A stretch of DNA of 64,000 nucleotides from an uncultured Bdellovibrionales bacterium (lineage in GTDB: Bacteria > Bdellovibrionota > Bdellovibrionia > Bdellovibrionales > UBA1609): positions 111,027 through 175,026 of the forward strand of contig CAILEP010000006.1 in the NCBI GenBank assembly GCA_903833275.1. The letters are read 5' to 3'. Below, in pieces: positions 1-7,953 of this stretch. Position numbers and translations under genes: made by a program. Positions within the stretch are counted from its first letter, which is position 1. The number at the start of each line of letters is the position of its first letter. The notes under the pieces were generated by a model. That model was not told the origin of the DNA, did no database searches, and saw only the letters and a list, made by a program, of their open reading frames with translations.

Positions 1-279
1 GCGATTGCCCCACTTGCGATATTGGGTGATCTCGCCATTGGTCTTTTCATCGCGAAAGTAGGTTAGGTCTGAGCGATTTCGAAAAGTTTCGAAAGCGTAA
101 GTTCGTGAGGCCATTGAATTCATAATGGCAGTGTGAACGAGGCCGAAGAAACCAAGCCCAAAGCCTAGCAGCCAAACAAAAATCAAGAGAATCGGCAAAG
201 TCTCAATCATCGCATTGCCGCGCTCGTTTGCGAGGCGGCTTTTGCGGGCGAAAAAAGTTCTTGGTACAAGGTCATTCAT
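1..279 (-). CDS. TadE/TadG-like pseudopilin family protein; N-terminal 93 codons only, C-terminus lies beyond window start
   Basis: Own minus-strand translation from ATG 279-277: MNDLVPRTFFARKSRLANERG/NAMIETLPILLIFVWLLGF... It has a G-x4-E prepilin-type motif followed by a hydrophobic helix. The frame stays open to position 1, and the gene sits in the Flp/Tad cluster. Confidence 0.6.
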   Translation of the reverse strand, partial: MNDLVPRTFFARKSRLANERGNAMIETLPILLIFVWLLGFGLGFFGLVHTAIMNSMASRTYAFETFRNRSDLTYFRDEKTNGEITQYRKWGNR

Positions 280-282
280 AGC

Positions 283-924
283 TCAGCATCCATTGTCATT
301 TATAAAAACATAGTCCGTTTGGGCGCCTCTTGGGGGCGCGTAGCTCGAGCCTGCCGGTACCGGCAAGCGCTTAATATTCTCCCAACGGTTCTGATTGAAG
401 ACTTCATTGCATTCTTGAAACGTAGGTTCACGGCCCAAGAAGGCTGTAATATTGGTGGTAAACGTGGGGCTCTTACCTGAGCTTTCGGTAGAACTTTTTG
501 TGGTCGACCCAAAAAATGGGATTTGAAAGGCCAAAATATTGGCCTGAAATGGGATGACGACACCGTGAAATAGATTTCGACTCGGGTCCGATGGTGCATA
601 ATTTTGAAAAGCCTGTTCGTGATTTGGGATGTCGTAATCAATAATCGCGTTGGCGATATCGGCCTTAAACCAGTTGCCTACGAAAAGCGGGGCAACGGCC
701 GGGTTTGCGGCGAGCGTTGCTAGCTTTTTAGTTGCTGCGTTTTTCTGTGCCTGAAGATCAGAGTTGCCGGCAAAAAAATTTCTGGCACCAGCAAAGGCCA
801 TGTATTGAACAGTTTCGACCATTGAAAGAGTCGCCGAAAAGGTCATAATGACGAGGCAAAAACCCGAGACCAAAAAAAAGGCAAATAAATAGTCGACCGT
901 AATAAAGCCGCGTGAATTTTTCAT
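283..924 (-). CDS. TadE/TadG-like pilus assembly (pseudopilin) protein
   Basis: 213-aa ORF. N-terminus MKNSRG/FITVDYLFAFFLVSGF is prepilin-like. ATGA overlap with the upstream gene at 921-924. Confidence 0.6.
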   Translation of the reverse strand: MKNSRGFITVDYLFAFFLVSGFCLVIMTFSATLSMVETVQYMAFAGARNFFAGNSDLQAQKNAATKKLATLAANPAVAPLFVGNWFKADIANAIIDYDIPNHEQAFQNYAPSDPSRNLFHGVVIPFQANILAFQIPFFGSTTKSSTESSGKSPTFTTNITAFLGREPTFQECNEVFNQNRWENIKRLPVPAGSSYAPPRGAQTDYVFINDNGC

Positions 925-1226
925 TTTGCGAGGTCTCCTTCGGCTTCGACGTCGCCTTTCGGAGTACTAATTCGCGCATAGCCGTTCGGGTGTTGAGCCA
1001 TCGTAATCTCAGGGGTGCCCCAAACGCCGTTTTGAATTAGGCCAGAAAGTTGCTGCCAGGGGCCTGAGACTAAATTTGCGAAGTAATCAGTTTTTTTGAA
1101 GAACTGAGCGGTAGAAGTCGCGACAAAAATCATTACGACGAGCATAAGGGCCATTTCAATCGAGGCTTGGCCGGCTTCGCCGCAGTGGCGGGCCTGAAGA
1201 GTATTTGTGGGCTCTGATGTTCTCAT
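921..1226 (-). CDS. TadE-like pseudopilin
   Basis: Internal Met of ORF 921..1418 at 1226: MRTSEPTNTLQARHCGEAG/QASIEMALMLVVMIFV. ATGA overlap with the prepilin peptidase stop. The longer ORF would overlap the peptidase gene. Confidence 0.6.
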   Translation of the reverse strand: MRTSEPTNTLQARHCGEAGQASIEMALMLVVMIFVATSTAQFFKKTDYFANLVSGPWQQLSGLIQNGVWGTPEITMAQHPNGYARISTPKGDVEAEGDLAK

Positions 1227-1726
1227 CAAAACGCCCCCTGTTTGAGACCAAGCAAAATGTAAGTAATCCAGGCGAGCAAGAGCGGCACTGAAAACGGCAA
1301 TTTTTGAAATGTTGATTCGTCGCGTGGTTGAGCCGTCAGTAGGCGAAGAGTGTTCTCGGCGAGAATGCGACTGCGGCCTCGAACAATTGAAAGCACGATA
1401 CCGAGTACTCCGGCCCATAGAAACGAAATGACAATGACCGAAAAAACGGCTGAGTAAGTTTGCGCGAGCCCAAAAGCAAAAAGTAATTTCATGTCACCGG
1501 CACCGAGTGCGCCAAGAATGACAAGCGGTAGCGTGAGAAGAAGAGCAAGGCCGGCGGCGAGTGCGCCCTGTTGAAGGCCGGCAAATTTAAAACAAAGAAA
1601 GCTGCTAATCAGGGCGAGGCAAATGCTGACCATGACCCACTTGTTATAGATCTTATGATTGCGTACATCTGTTATTACGGCGCCGAGAAGAATGATAGTG
1701 GGGGCGAGTAGAGACCATTCAATCAC
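1226..1726 (-). CDS. A24-family prepilin peptidase (CpaA/TadV type)
   Basis: 166-aa polytopic membrane protein. Two Asp motifs, ITDVRNHKIYN and GAGDMKLL, are typical of Flp prepilin peptidases. Confidence 0.75.
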   Translation of the reverse strand: MIEWSLLAPTIILLGAVITDVRNHKIYNKWVMVSICLALISSFLCFKFAGLQQGALAAGLALLLTLPLVILGALGAGDMKLLFAFGLAQTYSAVFSVIVISFLWAGVLGIVLSIVRGRSRILAENTLRLLTAQPRDESTFQKLPFSVPLLLAWITYILLGLKQGAF

Positions 1727-1735
1727 GATGGCCCC

Positions 1736-1942
1736 CTATTGATTTGGGTCATGCCACATAATTGTGGGTTCACCCGTATCTGCGCGGTTAAATTTATGGC
1801 CAACTGAAATGTCGCGTTCAATTTTTGCAGCAAGACGCGGAGCCGACGCTTGGAATGTTTTGACGGGGCCACGATTGCCGACAAGAGCGCCGAGTAAGAT
1901 GAAGGCAAAGAGGCCGAGTAATAAAACGAATTCCGTGGTCAC
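1736..1942 (-). CDS. small pilin-like hydrophobic-N-terminus protein (no leader)
   Basis: 68 aa. GTG start preceded by GGAG with 8 nt spacing. The protein begins MTTEFVLLLGLFAFILLGALV, resembling a mature Flp/TadE N-terminus without a G-x4-EY leader. Confidence 0.5.
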   Translation of the reverse strand: MTTEFVLLLGLFAFILLGALVGNRGPVKTFQASAPRLAAKIERDISVGHKFNRADTGEPTIMWHDPNQ

Positions 1943-2017
1943 TGCGAATACTCCATCAAATAGTTTTAAGCGCCGAATTCATTCAGCGCCTATGCGTTAG
2001 CAGCGGATCGTATCTGG

Positions 2018-2242
2018 TTACGGCGAGCTTCCGCCGCCAACATTGAAGCTGCCGATTGCGCCGCCCAATTCACTAATTTTGCTCGAAACAATTGTCGAAA
2101 TTTGATTTTTAAATAACATCGCAATGGCGACGACAACGACGAGAAGCAAAATATATTCTGTTGCCCCTTGGCCGGACTCGTCTTTGATCATTCGACGAAG
2201 AAATTCTTGTGCACGAACTTGAATGAGTCTTAGATTTTTCAT
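2018..2242 (-). CDS. flp: Flp family type IVb pilin
   Basis: Start taken at MKNLRL (ATG 2242-2240) with a GGGGGA RBS upstream. Flp motif DESG/QGATEYILLLVVVVAIAMLF. 74 aa. Confidence 0.8.
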   Translation of the reverse strand: MKNLRLIQVRAQEFLRRMIKDESGQGATEYILLLVVVVAIAMLFKNQISTIVSSKISELGGAIGSFNVGGGSSP

Positions 2243-2477
2243 AGGTATCCCCCTAATAAATTTATCGGTCGAAACAGACACTTACATTAGGCTCTTCGAT
2301 AAAAGAGCAATGGTGAGAGGTAACGGGAGAAACCAATGTGTATCTATATATAATAGGGGTGAGTTCATAAAAATTAAAGGGCCGCGTGAGTTTTGTCTCA
2401 TTCTGAGACAGCTAATGAATTGAAAATGCTTTTCTTCTTGTGGGGTATGGGCGCGTCTCATTTTTGCCGATGTAGAG

Positions 2478-3338
2478 GTGATGGATAGCGTGAAGGCCAT
2501 ATGGCGAAAAATTTATTCTAGGCTGTATCAAAATGAGTCGGGTCAGGCCGTCATTGAATACGTTTTGGTAATGATGGTTTCGGTGGCAATTGTATTGGGC
2601 GCGCTTTATCAACTTAATGATGCTTTTCGAATTTGGGCTGATAGTTATTTTGGTGATTATCTGGCTTGTCTTCTCGAGACCGGCGAATTGCCTGCTCTCG
2701 ACGGCGGTGGCGGCACCTGTGGGGCCTCTTACTCGGATTTCAAATTAGATAAGGGTCGGCAGCTTGTTAATGGCGGCGACGGTTCGTCAAGTTCGTCGGG
2801 TGAAAATGGTGGCAATGGTGGTAGCGGAAATTCGGCGGCCAGTGGTGCTGCGGCTCGAGCCGCAGCGAATGGACAGTCGAATATTATTTCTATGGGCAAC
2901 TCAAGATCAAGTTTTCGCGGTTCGACGCGGTTTTCGGCTCGCTCGTCGGCCGGTGGGGATGAAGATTCGAAAAAGGGTGGCGATTCAGATACGGGTTCGT
3001 TTGGTGCTACAAATTTATCAGGTTATCAACAGGGTCGAGTCATACGTATACCGCTCAGGCAATCTGAGCAAATTGCGAGAGGTCGTCGAGGCAGCGACGA
3101 CGACGATAAAAAAGATAAGACAAAGATTAAGGTTGCGGCGACAGTGCAGGGGGCCGCCCAACAGAGGCGCGCAGAGCTCATGCGTATCGAGCGCAAGATC
3201 GCTTCTGGCAAAGCGCCGGAAATCGAAGAATTCACCTTTGGTAATTTTTTACGCTACATAATTATTGCCGCCATAATCATAGCGATTCTTTTTTTCATCG
3301 GTGGTCAGGCGATGCAGGTCTCAAAGTCGCTGGATTAA
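2478..3338 (+). CDS. Flp-leader-containing membrane protein with a disordered Gly/Ser/Arg/Asp-rich core and a C-terminal TM helix
   Basis: 286-aa ORF. N-terminus ...YQNESG/QAVIEYVLVMMVSVAIVLGAL gives a perfect G/xxxxEY motif. C-terminal helix YIIIAAIIIAILFFIGG. Exact start is ambiguous (GTG 2478 or ATG 2481). Confidence 0.6.
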   Translation: MMDSVKAIWRKIYSRLYQNESGQAVIEYVLVMMVSVAIVLGALYQLNDAFRIWADSYFGDYLACLLETGELPALDGGGGTCGASYSDFKLDKGRQLVNGGDGSSSSSGENGGNGGSGNSAASGAAARAAANGQSNIISMGNSRSSFRGSTRFSARSSAGGDEDSKKGGDSDTGSFGATNLSGYQQGRVIRIPLRQSEQIARGRRGSDDDDKKDKTKIKVAATVQGAAQQRRAELMRIERKIASGKAPEIEEFTFGNFLRYIIIAAIIIAILFFIGGQAMQVSKSLD

Positions 3339-3560
3339 TCTACCAGCGAGGTTATTGCCTGGGCCCAAAAAGCGCCGCCCCTTCAGGCTTTGGCTAAAGA
3401 TATCCACACTCCAGAAGGGCCTTCAAGCGTAGCGTTTTACCAACTATATGTACGCGCAGCATCAGACCCATTTTTTCAATGTGCGCATTATTCTTGAAAC
3501 TTCATCCGAAAACTGTTTTCTTCGTCGCCGGGGACAGAAACAGCATTGAGGAGGGGACTA

Positions 3561-4019
3561 ATGCTAGTGGGGGAGAAACCAGCCGGGAACATTCTGGGCG
3601 GAGAAATCTTTGATTTCACACGCACAGGCCCGCTGACTTTAGAAGAGGCCAACGATCTTGTTGGCGTGCTTATTAGAGTTACAAGTAAATACAGCAAACG
3701 AGTTAATGATCTCATCACGCGCCTTGAAGGCTGCGATATAAAAGACAAAGAGCAAACTTCAAAACTTGAGGGTGAAATCACCCGCCTAATTGAAGAGTGG
3801 AATTCTCAAATGCGCAAACTTCGCGGAGTGCCTAAGGGCCTATGGCTTGTGGACATCGACGCGGGTGATGGGTATTACTGCTGGAAGTACCCAGAAACAC
3901 AAATTGGCTTTTGGCACGAATACAAAAGCGGTTATTCTGGGCGCATACCACTATCAGAAAGGGCGAAGAGAGTGCCCGCTAATTTCACTAAAAATGTGGA
4001 TGAAGCCGGCGTGATCTAG
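3561..4019 (+). CDS. DUF2203 family protein
   Basis: ATG 3561 preceded by GAGGAGG. Motifs LTLEEANDLV...GLWLVDIDAGDGYYCWKYPE..IGFWHEY.SGYSGRIPL match my memory of DUF2203. Confidence 0.6.
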   Translation: MLVGEKPAGNILGGEIFDFTRTGPLTLEEANDLVGVLIRVTSKYSKRVNDLITRLEGCDIKDKEQTSKLEGEITRLIEEWNSQMRKLRGVPKGLWLVDIDAGDGYYCWKYPETQIGFWHEYKSGYSGRIPLSERAKRVPANFTKNVDEAGVI

Positions 4020-4031
4020 TTTGCAGTCGAT

Positions 4032-5663
4032 ATGAGAGTTGCGCTTGCACAAATTAATTCGCATCTAGGGCAATTTCAAAAAAATCGCCAAAAAATTCTT
4101 GAATATGTCGAGCGCGCGGTCGATCGCCGCGTCGACGTAGTGGTCTTTCCGGAAGCCTCGTTATTTGGCTACCACCCTATGGACTTACTCGAGCGCGCCG
4201 AAATAGTTGATCAGCAGTTGCGTGAGCTCGAGCTTTTGCACAAGCAAATCCCGGCCGGGGTTCTTGTTTTGGTCGGTGCCTTCACTAAAAACCCATCGGC
4301 TAAAGGTAAGCCCTATTTTAATTCGGCCGTCGCACTTGAGCGTGGCAAAAAGCCTAAATATTTCAACAAAGAACTTTTGCCAACCTACGATGTTTTTGAC
4401 GACGCTCGACATATTGAGCCGGGTGACATGGCCAATAATGTCGTAAAATTTAAAGGTCAAAAAATTCTTGTGACAATTTGCGAAGACATTTGGGCCTGGC
4501 CGTCAACGACGAAAAAGTCGACGCAAAAAGCCCAGAGCCAAAAGTCATTTTACGAAAGCAACCCGATTAGAGATTTTAAGCGAGGTTCGGTTGATTTAGT
4601 TGTGAATCTAAGTGCTTCTCCGTTTTTTGGCGGCAAATTTAAACAGCGACTTGAGGTCACAACAGCAACGGCGCGCCATCTCGCAGCCCCGATTGTGTAT
4701 GTCAATATGGTTGGGGCCCAAGACGAACTTATCTTCGACGGCGGTAGTTTCGCACTGAATGCGCGCGGGCAGAAATTGGTTCACTCAATGCATTTTGAAG
4801 AAGACTTAAGTGTGGTTGATTTCGCTCTTGATAAGGGCAGTGGGCACGTGACCGAGGTCAAATCTATCGAGTCAGTGCGACAGGCTCTTGTTCTTGGCAT
4901 TCGCGATTTCGTACACAAAGTTGGGTTAAGCAAAGTGCATCTTGGGCTCAGTGGCGGCATTGACTCGGCGGTGGTCGCTTGCCTTGCGGTCGATGCTCTT
5001 GGGCCACAGAACGTTGATTTGTTCGCGTTGCCGGGGCCTCATAGCACCAAGCTCAGCCTCGATTTGGCTCGGGACTTGGCCAAAAATCTTGATGTCGAGC
5101 TTCACAAAATTGAATTCACGGCGGTTTACGAAAAACTGGCGGCGCTGATCGAGGCGGAGCTCGGTGCAACGGCTTTCGGTGTCATGCACGAAAATCTTCA
5201 AGCTCGCCTTCGCGGAGTCATTCTAATGGCGGCCAGCAATCGCTCGGGCAGTGTGCTTCTGAACACAACGAATAAGGACGAGCTCGCCGCAGGTTACGGC
5301 ACGCTTTACGGCGATCTTTGTGGCGGCCTTTCTCCTATAGGCGATTTGCTTAAAGGGGACGTCTATGCGCTCGCCGAGCTTTATAATTCTGAGCGTGAAT
5401 TGATACCAAGAAAAATTATTACTCGAGCGCCGACGGCCGAGCTGCGGCCTAATCAAAAAGATCAAGATACCTTGCCGCCTTACGACGATTTGGATGAAAG
5501 CGTTGTGCGTTTGATTGAGAAGAGAGGTGCGGCCCGCACCCCAACGGATAAGTGGCTCTTAGAGGCTTTAGATAAAAGCGAATTCAAGCGCTGGCAAGCG
5601 CCGCCGATTCTCAAAGTTCGCGAGCATTCGTTCGGCCGCGGCCGTCGAATGCCCATCGCTTAA
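4032..5663 (+). CDS. nadE: glutamine-dependent NAD+ synthetase
   Basis: 543 aa. N-terminal CN-hydrolase domain (FPEASLFGY, ICEDIW) and C-terminal NAD synthase domain with SGGIDS PP-loop. Confidence 0.9.
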   Translation: MRVALAQINSHLGQFQKNRQKILEYVERAVDRRVDVVVFPEASLFGYHPMDLLERAEIVDQQLRELELLHKQIPAGVLVLVGAFTKNPSAKGKPYFNSAVALERGKKPKYFNKELLPTYDVFDDARHIEPGDMANNVVKFKGQKILVTICEDIWAWPSTTKKSTQKAQSQKSFYESNPIRDFKRGSVDLVVNLSASPFFGGKFKQRLEVTTATARHLAAPIVYVNMVGAQDELIFDGGSFALNARGQKLVHSMHFEEDLSVVDFALDKGSGHVTEVKSIESVRQALVLGIRDFVHKVGLSKVHLGLSGGIDSAVVACLAVDALGPQNVDLFALPGPHSTKLSLDLARDLAKNLDVELHKIEFTAVYEKLAALIEAELGATAFGVMHENLQARLRGVILMAASNRSGSVLLNTTNKDELAAGYGTLYGDLCGGLSPIGDLLKGDVYALAELYNSERELIPRKIITRAPTAELRPNQKDQDTLPPYDDLDESVVRLIEKRGAARTPTDKWLLEALDKSEFKRWQAPPILKVREHSFGRGRRMPIA

Positions 5664-5670
5664 AAGAGGA

Positions 5671-6285
5671 TTACAGATCAAAAAGCCCGAGTTGTTTCGG
5701 GTTGGGCGTGATTTGCGGAAAGCGCAATTCGGTTTTGCCCGTAAGAGTAATCAAATTTTCAAGTGGCGGCATGTGCAGGCCACCCGACATTTTCTCTATA
5801 AGTTTTAAAAATAGTTGACCGCAGTATTGAGCATCTTCTTCAGCACGGTGAAAACCGGTGGCCGGTATTTCTAAGTGAGCCACCAGCGTGCCCAGTTTGT
5901 AATTAGCTAAGCCCGGTATAATTTTTCGTGCGATGTTACAGGTATCAAGTACGACCCCGCGTGGGGCCGGCGCTTCGTTTTTAACGATATCGGCATTTAG
6001 AAACTGATAATCAAAATTGGCATTGTGGGCCACCAAAATAGAATCACCACAGAATTCGGCAAAAGCTGGTAGCAGGCGATCGATAGTGGGTTTGCCGCGA
6101 ACCATGTCATTTGAGATGCCATTAACGCGCGACGCGCCTTCAGGGATCGGCATTAGTGGGTCAACAAGTGTTGCGAATACAGCTTCAACCTCGCCATCGA
6201 TGTATCGAATAGCGCCAATTTCGACGATACGGTCGACCCCGGCAATAAACCCCGTCGTTTCTAAGTCAAAGCTAATAAATGTCAT
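5671..6285 (-). CDS. DEDDh 3'-5' exonuclease (DnaQ / Pol III epsilon-like)
   Basis: Motifs FDLETTG, HNANFDYQFL and HRAEEDA. Confidence 0.8.
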   Translation of the reverse strand: MTFISFDLETTGFIAGVDRIVEIGAIRYIDGEVEAVFATLVDPLMPIPEGASRVNGISNDMVRGKPTIDRLLPAFAEFCGDSILVAHNANFDYQFLNADIVKNEAPAPRGVVLDTCNIARKIIPGLANYKLGTLVAHLEIPATGFHRAEEDAQYCGQLFLKLIEKMSGGLHMPPLENLITLTGKTELRFPQITPNPKQLGLFDL

Positions 6286-6360
6286 ATCCCCACCCTTTTC
6301 GCTCTATCTTGCTTGTAGATTTTTACTTAAGTCAGAATTAAGCTTAAATTCAATCGAAAA

Positions 6361-6654
6361 ATGGCAAAGGTATTATTTTTACCCTCAAACAGAGAAATCG
6401 AAATTCGCGGTGAGCCGTCGCTGCTTGAATTGGCATTGAAAAACAAAATAAATTTAGAGCATTCTTGTGGCGGATCTGGTAGCTGCGGAACTTGTCACGT
6501 ATTCGTCACCAGCAAGGCTGGGCCACTTGCGGAGCGTAGTGACGTCGAGGCCGCCATGGCTCTTGATCGCGGTTTTAGCACAGAAGAGCGCTTGGCCTGT
6601 CAACTTGACCCCGTTGATCAAATGATTGTCCGCGTGCCGGACTATACCGATTAA
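6361..6654 (+). CDS. 2Fe-2S ferredoxin (adrenodoxin-type)
   Basis: 97 aa. Pattern C-x5-C-x2-C (CGGSGSCGTC) plus a distal Cys (LACQL). Confidence 0.8.
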   Translation: MAKVLFLPSNREIEIRGEPSLLELALKNKINLEHSCGGSGSCGTCHVFVTSKAGPLAERSDVEAAMALDRGFSTEERLACQLDPVDQMIVRVPDYTD

Positions 6655-6668
6655 AGCGTCGGGCTAAT

Positions 6669-7937
6669 TTAAATTTTCTCGCGAACACGAATGGGGTTTG
6701 TAAGAATCCAGTTCATCCACTTTGCTCCGTCGGGCAGCGGCAGTGGCACTTTCAGCCGAACAACGGCGCGATACACTCCTGGTGCGTGGATTGCAAATTG
6801 GGTTGTGGGTGAGGTCGAAGTTAAAACGCGCTCGCCGTCTTTATAAATTTCAGTTTCAAAAATTATTTCAGGCCTGGTCGGCAGATTCACTTCAAAACTG
6901 AGGTCAGGCCTGAGCTCGACATCTGAGCCCAATGGCCAAATGGTTGTGCCGCCGTTTTTTGGGCTATTCGGCGAAGTGGGGCGAGCGGCCCCGCTCGAAG
7001 AGGCGAACGCTTCGAACCCGCGAGGGTCTTGAAGTAAATCAAAGCTGAGATAAAATTGACCATGGCGAAGAGCTTCAGAAATTTTCTTGCGATCTTCTGT
7101 TGGCTGGCCGGTGAGTTCGGACCGTATAAGTACGTGATTGCGCACAATAGAAAACAAAGTTTCATACGATGGGATTTTCAAAAACTGTTCGCCCCAAAGT
7201 CGTATTCGAGCCTCAGCGTCGGCTCCGGCTATAGCCCAAGTGGATTGACGGGTGTTCAATCGATCCCATAATACAATTTCGCGAGAGCCGGCATTGGCGA
7301 AGAGTCGCACGAAAGCCAAGTTTGAATTAAATGGGTAAACAATTAAGCTCCACAGAAAAGACAGTTTTGATTTAAGCCAGGTCTCTTGCCAAATGCCTTT
7401 GAGATTATAAAGTTCAATGCCGTCGAGCCCCGGGGGGTAGTCGCCATCCCAGCGATAGCCGGGTTTAAATGGATGAGCGAGAAAAATCAAGCCAGCGTCT
7501 CGGTCGTGATTGGTTGAGGCGGTGCTGAGAAGATCTGAAAAAATAACCTGCGAGCGCCCAGGGCCCTCGAGATGATCGCTAGAGCGCAAGTCAAAATTCA
7601 AAAGCTGTGCATCAAGGTAGTTGTATTTTCCCCCGTGAAATATCAAAAGCTGACCATGCGAGCGATCCGTTGCAAGATCGGGCGCGAAATCATTGAGGTC
7701 GGTTAAAATCAGAAATTTAAGGCCGACGGCCTCGGCGGCAACAGCTACGGTCGAAAGATCACCGCTGCCGGTGCTTTTTTCAGTCTGCACGTCGATAACG
7801 CCAGCGTAATCATAAAAATGCCGGGTTTGTTGTGTGAGAAGTGGCGGCCAAACGGTAGGCGCCCACTGGCTTATGACAATGCCATAAGACACATGTAAAA
7901 AAATGAGCAGTAAAAAACTAAAAACCAGTTTGCGCAC
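6669..7937 (-). CDS. secreted PHP/CehA-like domain protein with apparently degenerate metal ligands
   Basis: Signal-peptide-like N-terminus. PHP-like blocks LILTDLND, FLAHPF, DGIELYN and GADAEAR, with several expected His positions substituted. Confidence 0.4.
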   Translation of the reverse strand: MRKLVFSFLLLIFLHVSYGIVISQWAPTVWPPLLTQQTRHFYDYAGVIDVQTEKSTGSGDLSTVAVAAEAVGLKFLILTDLNDFAPDLATDRSHGQLLIFHGGKYNYLDAQLLNFDLRSSDHLEGPGRSQVIFSDLLSTASTNHDRDAGLIFLAHPFKPGYRWDGDYPPGLDGIELYNLKGIWQETWLKSKLSFLWSLIVYPFNSNLAFVRLFANAGSREIVLWDRLNTRQSTWAIAGADAEARIRLWGEQFLKIPSYETLFSIVRNHVLIRSELTGQPTEDRKKISEALRHGQFYLSFDLLQDPRGFEAFASSSGAARPTSPNSPKNGGTTIWPLGSDVELRPDLSFEVNLPTRPEIIFETEIYKDGERVLTSTSPTTQFAIHAPGVYRAVVRLKVPLPLPDGAKWMNWILTNPIRVREKI

Positions 7938-7953
7938 GAATCACATTTTTTAT

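Noticed and set aside
2764-3261. 165-aa alternative frame inside the Flp-leader protein gene
   Set aside because: The Arg-rich translation has no features. The annotated frame carries the Flp motif and both TM helices. The low-complexity DNA tolerates open alternative frames.
3429-3530. 33-codon ORF MYAQHQTHFFNVRIILETSSENCFLRRRGQKQH in the gap before the DUF2203 gene
   Set aside because: It has no Shine-Dalgarno and no distinctive composition, so it is probably chance.
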